A stretch of 46,011 nt of DNA from a virus. How positions within the stretch are numbered: the stretch's first letter is position 1; every line of letters starts with the position of its first letter. The stretch spans positions 1 through 46,011 of the IMG/VR virus record IMGVR_UViG_3300020152_000007. One strand, 5' to 3'. The notes under the pieces are model-generated. The model was given only the letters and a program-made list of their open reading frames with translations, did no database searches and was not told the DNA's origin. The translations under genes were made by a program, and so were the position numbers. Below are positions 1 to 6,394 of this stretch, in pieces.

Positions 1-127
1 AGGTATCCAGCTGGTCACTCTAATAATTCAGGTTAAGGTGTAAATTTGGGCCGGGGAGGAAACTTCCCGGCTTTTCTCCGGCGGTTGGCGGTGGGAGTGT
101 GGCGCGTCGCGCAGGGGCAAAAAAAAA
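1..127. repeat. Terminal direct repeat, copy 1 (identical to 45885..46011)
   Basis: Bases 1..127 read identically at 45885..46011, including the final A9 run. This implies circular closure or terminal redundancy. Confidence 0.95.
50..77 (+). terminator. Rho-independent terminator (also present at 45934..45961)
   Basis: GCCGGGGA-ggaaac-TTCCCGGC stem-loop (8 bp, one G.T pair) followed by TTTTCT. Lies downstream of the plus-strand genes that end at the junction. Confidence 0.6.
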
Positions 128-143
128 CCGGGCCGAAGCCCGG
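119..143 (-). terminator. Rho-independent terminator of the 171..659 gene
   Basis: Minus strand reads CCGGGC-TTCG-GCCCGG followed by T9, 28 nt after the stop codon. Confidence 0.8.
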
Positions 144-170
144 TGGAGATTACGGGATGGAGGTCCCGAT

Positions 171-659
171 TTACAGCGCGATGTCGTCGATATCGCCTTC
201 GGCTGCCAGTTTCTCGAGGCGGGCCTGGGCCTTTTCTGCACGGATGACAGCGATGGTGGCCTTGACGCGTTCGTTGCTGCGCATGGTCTTGAGCTGTTCG
301 TCGGTTGCATCCTTGAGTGCGGCTTGAACTTCGGCCACAGGCAGGCCTTTGATGCGGGCCAGTGCATCGGCCAGCTCGGTGGTGCGTGGCTTGGAGTCGC
401 CTTCGCCACGTGCGGCACGCCACTCGCCATTCTTCAACTGGTTGAGGGTGTCGGTGAACAGACCCTGGGCAACGTCAACATCACCCTTGCTTGCCGAATA
501 AGCATCACCCAGTTTCTGGCTCATGCCGTGCAGGGCGAAGTGCAGTTGGATGTCGGGGGAGAAGTCTTCGAGGCGGACCAGCTGCGGCTCTTTGCCGGCG
601 AATTCAAACTCAACACCCTTCGATTCAAAATCCAGAACCTTGCTTGCTACTTTAGCCAT
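171..659 (-). CDS. Hypothetical protein, paralog A (homologous to the 45276..45785 product)
   Basis: 162-aa ORF with AAGGAG 8 nt upstream of the ATG, its own promoter and its own terminator. Aligns along its length with the 169-aa product of 45276..45785 (shared HG-QK-GD-Y, L+-G-W/F, DEQ, R+KA-I blocks). Confidence 0.85.
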   Translation of the reverse strand: MAKVASKVLDFESKGVEFEFAGKEPQLVRLEDFSPDIQLHFALHGMSQKLGDAYSASKGDVDVAQGLFTDTLNQLKNGEWRAARGEGDSKPRTTELADALARIKGLPVAEVQAALKDATDEQLKTMRSNERVKATIAVIRAEKAQARLEKLAAEGDIDDIAL

Positions 660-696
660 GTTTATTACTCCTTTTGTCGGTTGAAAGATTAAGCTT

Positions 697-717
697 TTGC
701 AATTCTTACATTTGCAA
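697..717. promoter_or_regulatory. Two TTGCAA palindromes (697..702 and 712..717) in the leader of paralog A; candidate operator
   Basis: ttTTGCAAtt and atTTGCAAat lie 15 bp apart, between the -10 element and the SD of the 171..659 gene. Confidence 0.35.
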
Positions 718-721
718 ATTC

Positions 722-750
722 ATATTATATGGCTCCGGTGAGGTTGTCAA
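722..750 (-). promoter_or_regulatory. Sigma70-like promoter for the 171..659 gene
   Basis: Minus strand reads TTGACA (750..745), a 15-17 nt spacer, then ATATAATAT (contains TATAAT/TAATAT). Confidence 0.6.
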
Positions 751-787
751 GCACAAAATGCAGGTAGGGCTGGAATGGCGGTCGGGG

Positions 788-1080
788 GGATAAATGGGCA
801 TATATGGGAAATTTATATCTCCCTAAGTGCGGTCCATAGTATAGTCCCCAACACCCGATTTTGGCTCAACCCCCACCCATTCCCACAATCGCACACTCCC
901 ACACTCACACTCACTCACTCAGTATTTAATTATTTTTTTTTTATAATAAGGGAGAGGAAGAACACGGGAGGGGATGGGAAAGAGATAGGGTGGGGCAATG
1001 GTCGAAAACGGGATTCGGGGGAGATACAATAAACGTTACTTAGGGAGATAGATGAATCCCATATATACCCCCATTTACCC
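788..1080. repeat. Large imperfect inverted repeat (arms about 788..921 and 950..1080) around an AT-rich core (922..949)
   Basis: The reverse complement of 1021..1080 (GGGTAAATGGGGGTATATATGGGATTCATCTATCTCCCTAAGT...) aligns with 788..830 (GGATAAATGGGCATATATGGGAAATTTATATCTCCCTAAGT...). Similarity continues inward. The left arm is C/A-rich and the right arm G/A-rich on the plus strand. Confidence 0.8.
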
Positions 1081-1102
1081 CAAACATCTCCCCCAAAACC
1101 TC

Positions 1103-1131
1103 TTGACAACTCCCACCAAACCCCGCACAAT
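1103..1131 (+). promoter_or_regulatory. Sigma70-like promoter for the first plus-strand gene
   Basis: TTGACA (1103..1108), 17-nt spacer, CACAAT (1126..1131). It mirrors the minus-strand TTGACAAC promoter across the inverted repeat. Confidence 0.5.
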
Positions 1132-1162
1132 TAACCATCCGTCAACCAACTGGAGACCCTCC

Positions 1163-1927
1163 ATGCCACACCCGACCAACAGCGCTACATACGAACAAAC
1201 CTTTAAACTCGTCGTTGAAGTCCTCGGCCGACGAGGACGTACTGAGGATATTGTGATTAAGCAACCCGACGAAAAGAAAGCGATTCGGTTTCGGCTTAGA
1301 TATTACAGCTTTTTGAAGGTACTGAAACGTGAGGCAGAAGAGATGTTTATCAAGGGCCGTAAAACCGGGTCCCCAGAACTGTGCGCGAAAGCAGAGGAAT
1401 TGCTTGAACAGTTAGTGCTGGTGCGTCGGTTTAAGGCAGTACTCGAAGGCAATACCGTTCTCTTTACTGACCGCGATGCGCAAGAAATTGACAACATTAA
1501 TAACCTGATGAGTGAGTTGATGAAAGACACTGCACATCTTTCGGCTGACATTATGACCAACACACAGGCAGCAAATAGTTTTGAAGCTAAACTCGAGGCG
1601 CAGGTAAAGGAAAGCCGAGAACAGCGCCTCGCCAACACGCCACCCCGCAATCCGCTTGATGACGTTCTCGACGAAACCCGCGATGCACCTGTCGGCATTT
1701 CCGCAAACACGCTGCTGGAGCGCACCGCTACCCGGCTCATCCACGGGGCACAAGCACAATTTACACTCCCTTTCGACACCCCTGACAGCGCAGCCGCCTT
1801 CCACCTGCAATGGACCACCTATTGCCTCGGTCGGCCCGACATCACCCCGCACCGCACTGACATCGACGGCAAGAACATCACCTTCACCCGCAACATCTTG
1901 GATGAATTTACAGGCCAGCAACCGTAA
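1163..1927 (+). CDS. Hypothetical early protein
   Basis: ORF-track frame 1052..1927. The internal ATG at 1163 has GGAG 7 nt upstream and lies downstream of the 1103 promoter, so the 1052 start was rejected. Confidence 0.7.
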   Translation: MPHPTNSATYEQTFKLVVEVLGRRGRTEDIVIKQPDEKKAIRFRLRYYSFLKVLKREAEEMFIKGRKTGSPELCAKAEELLEQLVLVRRFKAVLEGNTVLFTDRDAQEIDNINNLMSELMKDTAHLSADIMTNTQAANSFEAKLEAQVKESREQRLANTPPRNPLDDVLDETRDAPVGISANTLLERTATRLIHGAQAQFTLPFDTPDSAAAFHLQWTTYCLGRPDITPHRTDIDGKNITFTRNILDEFTGQQP

Positions 1928-1934
1928 ATAATGA

Positions 1935-1964
1935 TTGACAACTTGGACGGTCTTATTATATAAT
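1935..1964 (+). promoter_or_regulatory. Consensus sigma70 promoter
   Basis: TTGACA (1935..1940), 18-nt spacer, TATAAT (1959..1964). Confidence 0.7.
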
Positions 1965-1993
1965 GGGACGATGATTAAAATAATCATCACCCC
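1965..1993. promoter_or_regulatory. 29-bp imperfect palindrome, copy 1
   Basis: GGGACGATGATTAAAATAATCATCACCCC, immediately after the -10 hexamer. Confidence 0.85.
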
Positions 1994-2021
1994 ATCGACA
2001 ACCTTAGAAAGGAAACACTAA

Positions 2022-2189
2022 ATGCCTGAACTATACTCCCTCTTCCGTACCGAAAACGGACAGCTTATTCATATGCAAACCGGTCACCTGGAAGAACTTC
2101 AGGACCGCATGGATAACGAAGCTGAAGACTTAACCGGGGAAGATGCAATGTTAATTCTCCCCACCGTTGCCTTCGCGCAAAACCTGTAA
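2022..2189 (+). CDS. Small hypothetical protein (55 aa)
   Basis: Hand-translated MPELYSLFRTENGQLIHMQTGHLEELQDRMDNEAEDLTGEDAMLILPTVAFAQNL. AAAGGA lies upstream. First ORF after promoter/palindrome copy 1. Below the ORF-track size cutoff. Confidence 0.45.
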   Translation: MPELYSLFRTENGQLIHMQTGHLEELQDRMDNEAEDLTGEDAMLILPTVAFAQNL

Positions 2190-2241
2190 TCATACTGGGG
2201 GAAGTGCAACACGCATTTCCCCCTAAAGAGGGGACCCACAC

Positions 2242-2463
2242 ATGCCTACAAAAACCTCGCGACCGGCCCAACGCATCAGTGACGACGGGCTAAAAGCCTG
2301 GCTAACGCAAGTCCGGCAGAGCCTTTTAAATGCCTCAATCAGCCTTCCCCCGTACAACTCCCACGCCTTCCGCATTGACCGGCTGGACGAAGCCATCGCA
2401 AAGCTGCAGTGGCTAAAATCCCGCCTGCAAGCGGAACAAACCCTTGACCAGATGAAAGGCTAA
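2242..2463 (+). CDS. Hypothetical protein (73 aa)
   Basis: ORF track; purine-rich SD upstream; C-ending codon bias typical of this arm. Confidence 0.6.
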   Translation: MPTKTSRPAQRISDDGLKAWLTQVRQSLLNASISLPPYNSHAFRIDRLDEAIAKLQWLKSRLQAEQTLDQMKG

Positions 2464-2468
2464 ACGCG

Positions 2469-2798
2469 ATGCCAAACACCTCTACAAACTGGAACCTCGT
2501 CGACAAGAACTTCAACCGCATCTCGGTCGGGGATAAGCTCCCCGACTTCCGAGGCGACCTATGTACCGTTACCGGCCTCGGTCACCCACCACGCACACCT
2601 GAGAGTTCCGGTCGCATAGAACTCGACGGTAGCCTCTACTACCCCAGCATCGTTGACTGCATCTGGCTTACCGACGAGGCACTCTACGAAGCCCAGGTGA
2701 CCGCCCTCGAACACGCAGGCATCCCGCGCAGCGACGCGCAAGGCATAGTCGACGCGACAAAGCTTCAACAAACCCGCAGTACCCCCAACCACAACTAA
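2469..2798 (+). CDS. Hypothetical protein (109 aa)
   Basis: ORF track; tightly packed after the previous gene. Confidence 0.65.
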   Translation: MPNTSTNWNLVDKNFNRISVGDKLPDFRGDLCTVTGLGHPPRTPESSGRIELDGSLYYPSIVDCIWLTDEALYEAQVTALEHAGIPRSDAQGIVDATKLQQTRSTPNHN

Positions 2799-2812
2799 GG
2801 AGCAAGCGCAAC

Positions 2813-3097
2813 ATGGAAACCGCACTTATCATCGACAGCAACCGCATTTCAGTATTCCAACTTCCCGGCAACCAGTTGCCCGAGGTCATTATCCTCACAA
2901 CCGCCGCAGGGGACAGCGTAACCTACTCCGCCCTCGGCCTCTTTGACACCGGCAGCGAAACCACGCAGCCAGACGGCAACCCCCCGTCCGACCCGGAAAA
3001 CCCCGACGCGCCCCCCGCCGAGGAAAAGTCCGGGGGCGCTGGTGACCCCGCAACCGGGAACCAGGAAGAAACCAACGAAAAGCGCAGTCTGTTCTAA
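2813..3097 (+). CDS. Hypothetical protein (94 aa) with an acidic, Pro-rich C-terminus
   Basis: ORF track; AAGGAG upstream. Confidence 0.6.
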   Translation: METALIIDSNRISVFQLPGNQLPEVIILTTAAGDSVTYSALGLFDTGSETTQPDGNPPSDPENPDAPPAEEKSGGAGDPATGNQEETNEKRSLF

Positions 3098-3148
3098 CCC
3101 TGCCTCGAGCCAGTTCCCCACCCCTCGGGGAGCTGGTTCCGGGCAGGG
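3098..3148 (+). other. Extended GC-rich stem-loop directly after a stop codon
   Basis: CCCTGCC(3098..3104)/GGCAGGG(3142..3148) enclose CCAGTTCCCC(3110..3119)/GGGGAGCTGG(3127..3136). No U-tract follows. Confidence 0.5.
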
Positions 3149-3181
3149 AAGAACCCTGCACAACAAAGGAGACCCGACAAC

Positions 3182-3511
3182 ATGGATATAAAAGCTGAAA
3201 TTCTAGCCGCCGCAGCCGAGGCCGAACTCGCGCCCCAGTGCTACATCACCGGCTGCGCACTCTACCTCTCCACTCGCACGTGCTGCGCATGGGGCGACCT
3301 CTTCATCTTTGGCGATATGTACATCTTCAACGCCAGCACCTACAAAGAAGAGGCCATCCTATCCTACCACTCCCCCGAGACCCACCGCGAACAGCGCTGC
3401 CTCATCGTCCACGGCAACGACTACTTTGAGCGCCGAGGCGTCTTCGTCATCAACAAGCGGGACGCCGAGCTTAACGCCATCGCGAAAATGTACAAGGGGA
3501 TTGAAGAATGA
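3182..3511 (+). CDS. Hypothetical protein (109 aa)
   Basis: ORF track; AAGGAG upstream; ATGA overlap with the next gene. Confidence 0.65.
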   Translation: MDIKAEILAAAAEAELAPQCYITGCALYLSTRTCCAWGDLFIFGDMYIFNASTYKEEAILSYHSPETHREQRCLIVHGNDYFERRGVFVINKRDAELNAIAKMYKGIEE

Positions 3512-3996
3512 GCAACGGAACCCCTGAACAAAAAGCCGCCGCAAAGCTCGCGCTGGCTGAACTCTTCGGCGACCTGCTAACCCCGCCACCCAAGGGCAAA
3601 CCCGGGAGGCCCAAGAAAACCGCTTCCGGGGACGGCGAACCGAAGGTTTTCAAGCCTCGGGCCTTCCCCACCTCCCCACAAACCTCGCCCTTCTTCGAGG
3701 CGACTTCCCGCGAGTACTTCATCGTCGAGCAGCACTGCCTATCGTGCGGCAGCTTTACCCGCTACGCCGAAACCAAGATGCTCCGCTACAAGGCCGTCAA
3801 GCGGAAGGACGGGCTGGCAATAGAAATCCCTTGCTGCCTACCGGCCCCGCTCGACGTACCCAGCCTTGTCACATACCGGAGCGAGAGCACAGACTTCTGC
3901 GCGCACTGCGTAGAGATAACCTCCCGGCTCGACAGCAGCACCCTGTTCGAGCTTTCTAACCCCAACACTGCACTTCAACTAAAACTCTTTAATTAA
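3508..3996 (+). CDS. Putative DNA-binding protein with an AT-hook-like motif and a CxxC...CxxC zinc ribbon
   Basis: KGKPGRPKK (nt 3592..3618) resembles an AT-hook core. CLSCG and CAHC pairs are also present. Confidence 0.6.
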   Translation: MSNGTPEQKAAAKLALAELFGDLLTPPPKGKPGRPKKTASGDGEPKVFKPRAFPTSPQTSPFFEATSREYFIVEQHCLSCGSFTRYAETKMLRYKAVKRKDGLAIEIPCCLPAPLDVPSLVTYRSESTDFCAHCVEITSRLDSSTLFELSNPNTALQLKLFN

Positions 3997-4013
3997 GCGG
4001 AGGGAACCACCAA

Positions 4014-4346
4014 ATGAGCACACCAAACCAAACTGACAAAGACCGCGTCGAGGCGCTACTCGAAGAAGCGCGACAACGCGCCGAAGCGCAAAAGGCGCGG
4101 GGCGAAACACCTGACCCCATCCACCCGGACGAGCTTTTGCGCGCTGCCGCCGACGGAGAGCTTAAGCCCCTCTACACCGTACACGTATTTCCAGTGCCCG
4201 GTGCCGAGGGCCTCCTCGCTCCCGTCCTACACGTCACCGCAGACGGACGGCAGTTCTCCCGCGTTGACATCGCGGAACACCTCACCTCCCTCGCCATAGC
4301 CCTCGTAACGGGCGAGGGAGCAATCCTCAACGGAAAGGGACACTAA
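4014..4346 (+). CDS. Hypothetical protein (110 aa)
   Basis: ORF track; GGAGGG upstream. Confidence 0.65.
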   Translation: MSTPNQTDKDRVEALLEEARQRAEAQKARGETPDPIHPDELLRAAADGELKPLYTVHVFPVPGAEGLLAPVLHVTADGRQFSRVDIAEHLTSLAIALVTGEGAILNGKGH

Positions 4347-4347
4347 C

Positions 4348-4707
4348 ATGAAAAACACCCTGCTCGCTTGCCTGTTTAAGCGCATCTTTGGGAAGAAAAC
4401 GCCAGTGCTTACAAAGCCAGTCCTCCCGCCCGGCTACTACACCGTCAAGGCGTGGCACCCCGACGACTGTTACCACAGTTCCTCGCACTGCCGCCCCGGC
4501 ACCATCGTGTACCTTACGAAAGCCCTTGACCTCAGGGAGGACGGGACGGCTGTCGGATACCTGTTCATGTTCGACGAGGTAACGTGTATCTGGCGCTGGA
4601 CTTGCGTCTATCGCGCTTGGCTTCGCCCCCTGCGCGGGATGCGACTCAGCACCTTCACTGCCGCACATCCACAAGCGCCCACCTTCGAGGAGGTTCCACA
4701 TGTCTAG
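4348..4707 (+). CDS. Hypothetical protein (119 aa)
   Basis: ORF track; starts 1 nt after the previous stop. Confidence 0.6.
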   Translation: MKNTLLACLFKRIFGKKTPVLTKPVLPPGYYTVKAWHPDDCYHSSSHCRPGTIVYLTKALDLREDGTAVGYLFMFDEVTCIWRWTCVYRAWLRPLRGMRLSTFTAAHPQAPTFEEVPHV

Positions 4708-4993
4708 AGGCCGCACCGCTAACACCGAGAAATCTATCCGCTGGCGGATTGAGGTCAAGGAGCGGATTGCCGCGCAGGTCGAACTGCTCCTGCTCGACCC
4801 ACTTACCGGCGACATCGCTTACGGCGCCCGTTCCGCGCTCGTCAACCAGCTCCTCCGCGAGTGGCTCGACAAGCAGCGCCGGGCCAACCCCGTTATTGTG
4901 GAGGAAACCGAAGAGGACCGCCGCGAAGCTCGAGGCGACCGGGAACCCGAAATGCGCTTTCAGGCCGACCTCGACAAGAAGGACTTTGGCTAA
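4700..4993 (+). CDS. Putative ribbon-helix-helix (Arc/CopG-like) DNA-binding protein
   Basis: GAGGAGG 7 nt upstream. KSIRWRIEVKERIAAQVELLL...YGARSALVNQLLREWL fits a strand-helix-helix pattern. Confidence 0.55.
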   Translation: MSRGRTANTEKSIRWRIEVKERIAAQVELLLLDPLTGDIAYGARSALVNQLLREWLDKQRRANPVIVEETEEDRREARGDREPEMRFQADLDKKDFG

Positions 4994-5136
4994 TGTGGAT
5001 TCTCCTGTTCATCACGTTATCCGGGGAGTATGTCATCGACAGATTCCCCACGCAGGGGCAGTGCCTAGCCGAGGCCCGACTCTACAACCAAGGCAGTTTT
5101 CGGGATGAAATCTTTACATGTCGTAAGGCAAAATGA
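4993..5136 (+). CDS. Small protein with a hydrophobic N-terminus (47 aa)
   Basis: TAATG overlap with the previous gene. MWILLFITLSG... plus 2 Cys. Internal start within track ORF 4861..5136. Confidence 0.4.
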   Translation: MWILLFITLSGEYVIDRFPTQGQCLAEARLYNQGSFRDEIFTCRKAK

Positions 5137-5235
5137 AAACTTCACGTACAGCGGCACATAACTCGTGCTGTTGTGCGGGGGGCTTTCCCCAGCGACTGGC
5201 GGCGCTTACCGCCTAACTTTACGGAGAAAAAAGAA

Positions 5236-5877
5236 ATGACTAAGAAATGCGTTATCATAGCACTTATGGCACTGTTCACCCTACCAGTTTACGCGGGTAA
5301 CGACCGCGACGACTGCCCCGGAAATAGCTGTCACGGCGGTCAAGGTGGTCAGGGCGGTGATGGGGGTGCAGGCGGCGACGCTAATTCCCTCGGCATCGGG
5401 ATTGGTGTTGGCGGCTCAGCTAATGCCACCGGCGGCGACGCAACCGCTATTGGCCTGGGCGGCAAGGGCGGCGATGCCAGCGCCATCAGTGTAGGCGTGG
5501 GCGGTGAGGGTGGTAAAAGTTCCTCCGACGCCGATGCCAGCGCCAAGGCCGGGGCAAATGCCGGCTCTTCGAGTGGCGGTAATTCGCTCACCGTCAACGA
5601 GGGAGACTATGAGGCCCGTGCCATCCCGGTAGGCAGTTCTATCGCCGCCGGTGCTAACGGCACCTCGAAATGCCTGAAACATGCCAGCACCTCTGGTAAC
5701 CTGTTCTTTGTCTCGTTCGCACGCGCTTCCCACGAGCCTGACTACATGTGCTGGGCACAAGAACTGGGCGCTCCCGAGGTTGCAATACAGATGGCCTGCA
5801 ACGACTCCGGGTCGTTCCGTAAGGCTTACAACCAAATCGCCCGTCGGCACGGCAAGGAAGAGTGCCTGAGCGAGTAA
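5236..5877 (+). CDS. Secreted glycine-rich repeat protein
   Basis: The ATG at 5236 has GGAG 9 nt upstream. Signal-peptide-like MTKKCVIIALMALFTLPVYA. GG(D/S)A..(I/L)G.GVGG-type repeats. Cys-containing C-terminal domain. Confidence 0.7.
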   Translation: MTKKCVIIALMALFTLPVYAGNDRDDCPGNSCHGGQGGQGGDGGAGGDANSLGIGIGVGGSANATGGDATAIGLGGKGGDASAISVGVGGEGGKSSSDADASAKAGANAGSSSGGNSLTVNEGDYEARAIPVGSSIAAGANGTSKCLKHASTSGNLFFVSFARASHEPDYMCWAQELGAPEVAIQMACNDSGSFRKAYNQIARRHGKEECLSE

Positions 5878-6002
5878 CCGACCTCTCGCAAAGGGGCCGT
5901 TGCTAAACATGGAGAGAATCGCGACTCTGTGAAGTGTCTAGCCTGTAGTGCCTTCGGGCGCTATGGAGTAGGTACTTTCCCCCAACCGTTAAGGAGCTTT
6001 AA

Positions 6003-6233
6003 ATGAAAATACTCGCCACAATGCTTATCGCCGCCATCGCAATTCTGTTCTACCTGATGGTTAATCGGCCCGACCTGCAGCACGTCACCGACGCTTGCCT
6101 CAAGCAGTCTTATTTCGACATCTGCATGTTCAGGGAAGGCGCAACCCCCGAACTCTGTGAAGCCGCTGCAAAGTCAGCTTCCCTCCGCCCAAAGCACTCT
6201 GTAATGCCAACCTGCATTGAGGTGACCGAATGA
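6003..6233 (+). CDS. Membrane-anchored small Cys-containing protein (76 aa)
   Basis: AAGGAG 6 nt upstream; N-terminal TM segment ILATMLIAAIAILFYLMV; 4 Cys. Confidence 0.65.
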   Translation: MKILATMLIAAIAILFYLMVNRPDLQHVTDACLKQSYFDICMFREGATPELCEAAAKSASLRPKHSVMPTCIEVTE

Positions 6234-6394
6234 ACGAAGAAGACTTGCGCGCGGCCTTCGAGGCCAAACAGCTAATCCTCGGCGAAAGCCGGGAAGAACT
6301 CACCCGTACTCCCAGCGGCTACGAGCGTGAGGAAATTAATGCCGACTGGGTTTGGTTCAAGGAAGGAGTACGCTATGCAACAGAACGGAGATAA
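6230..6394 (+). CDS. Possible small ORF (54 aa)
   Basis: ATGA overlap with the previous stop. Hand-translated MNEEDLRAAFEAKQLILGESREELTRTPSGYEREEINADWVWFKEGVRYATERR. Overlaps the next gene by 20 nt. Confidence 0.3.
   Translation: MNEEDLRAAFEAKQLILGESREELTRTPSGYEREEINADWVWFKEGVRYATERR

Noticed and set aside
20-692. ORFs 20..430(-), 28..423(-), 46..327(+) and 99..692(+) overlapping paralog A
   Set aside because: They cross both terminators, lack SD sequences and have skewed Arg/Pro/Ala composition. The 171..659 frame has an SD, a promoter, a terminator and a paralog.
1052-1162. Upstream starts of track ORFs 1052..1927, 5173..5877, 6327..7457, 9685..10266, 30344..30952 and 33824..34825
   Set aside because: In each case an internal ATG has a proper SD at 5-10 nt or is coupled to the upstream stop. 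The extensions overlap promoters, palindromes or the preceding gene.
5349-5597. Pro-rich 82-aa minus-strand ORF inside the Gly-rich protein gene
   Set aside because: It is the reverse complement of GGN glycine codons (CCN gives Pro), so it is an automatic shadow of the repeat region.
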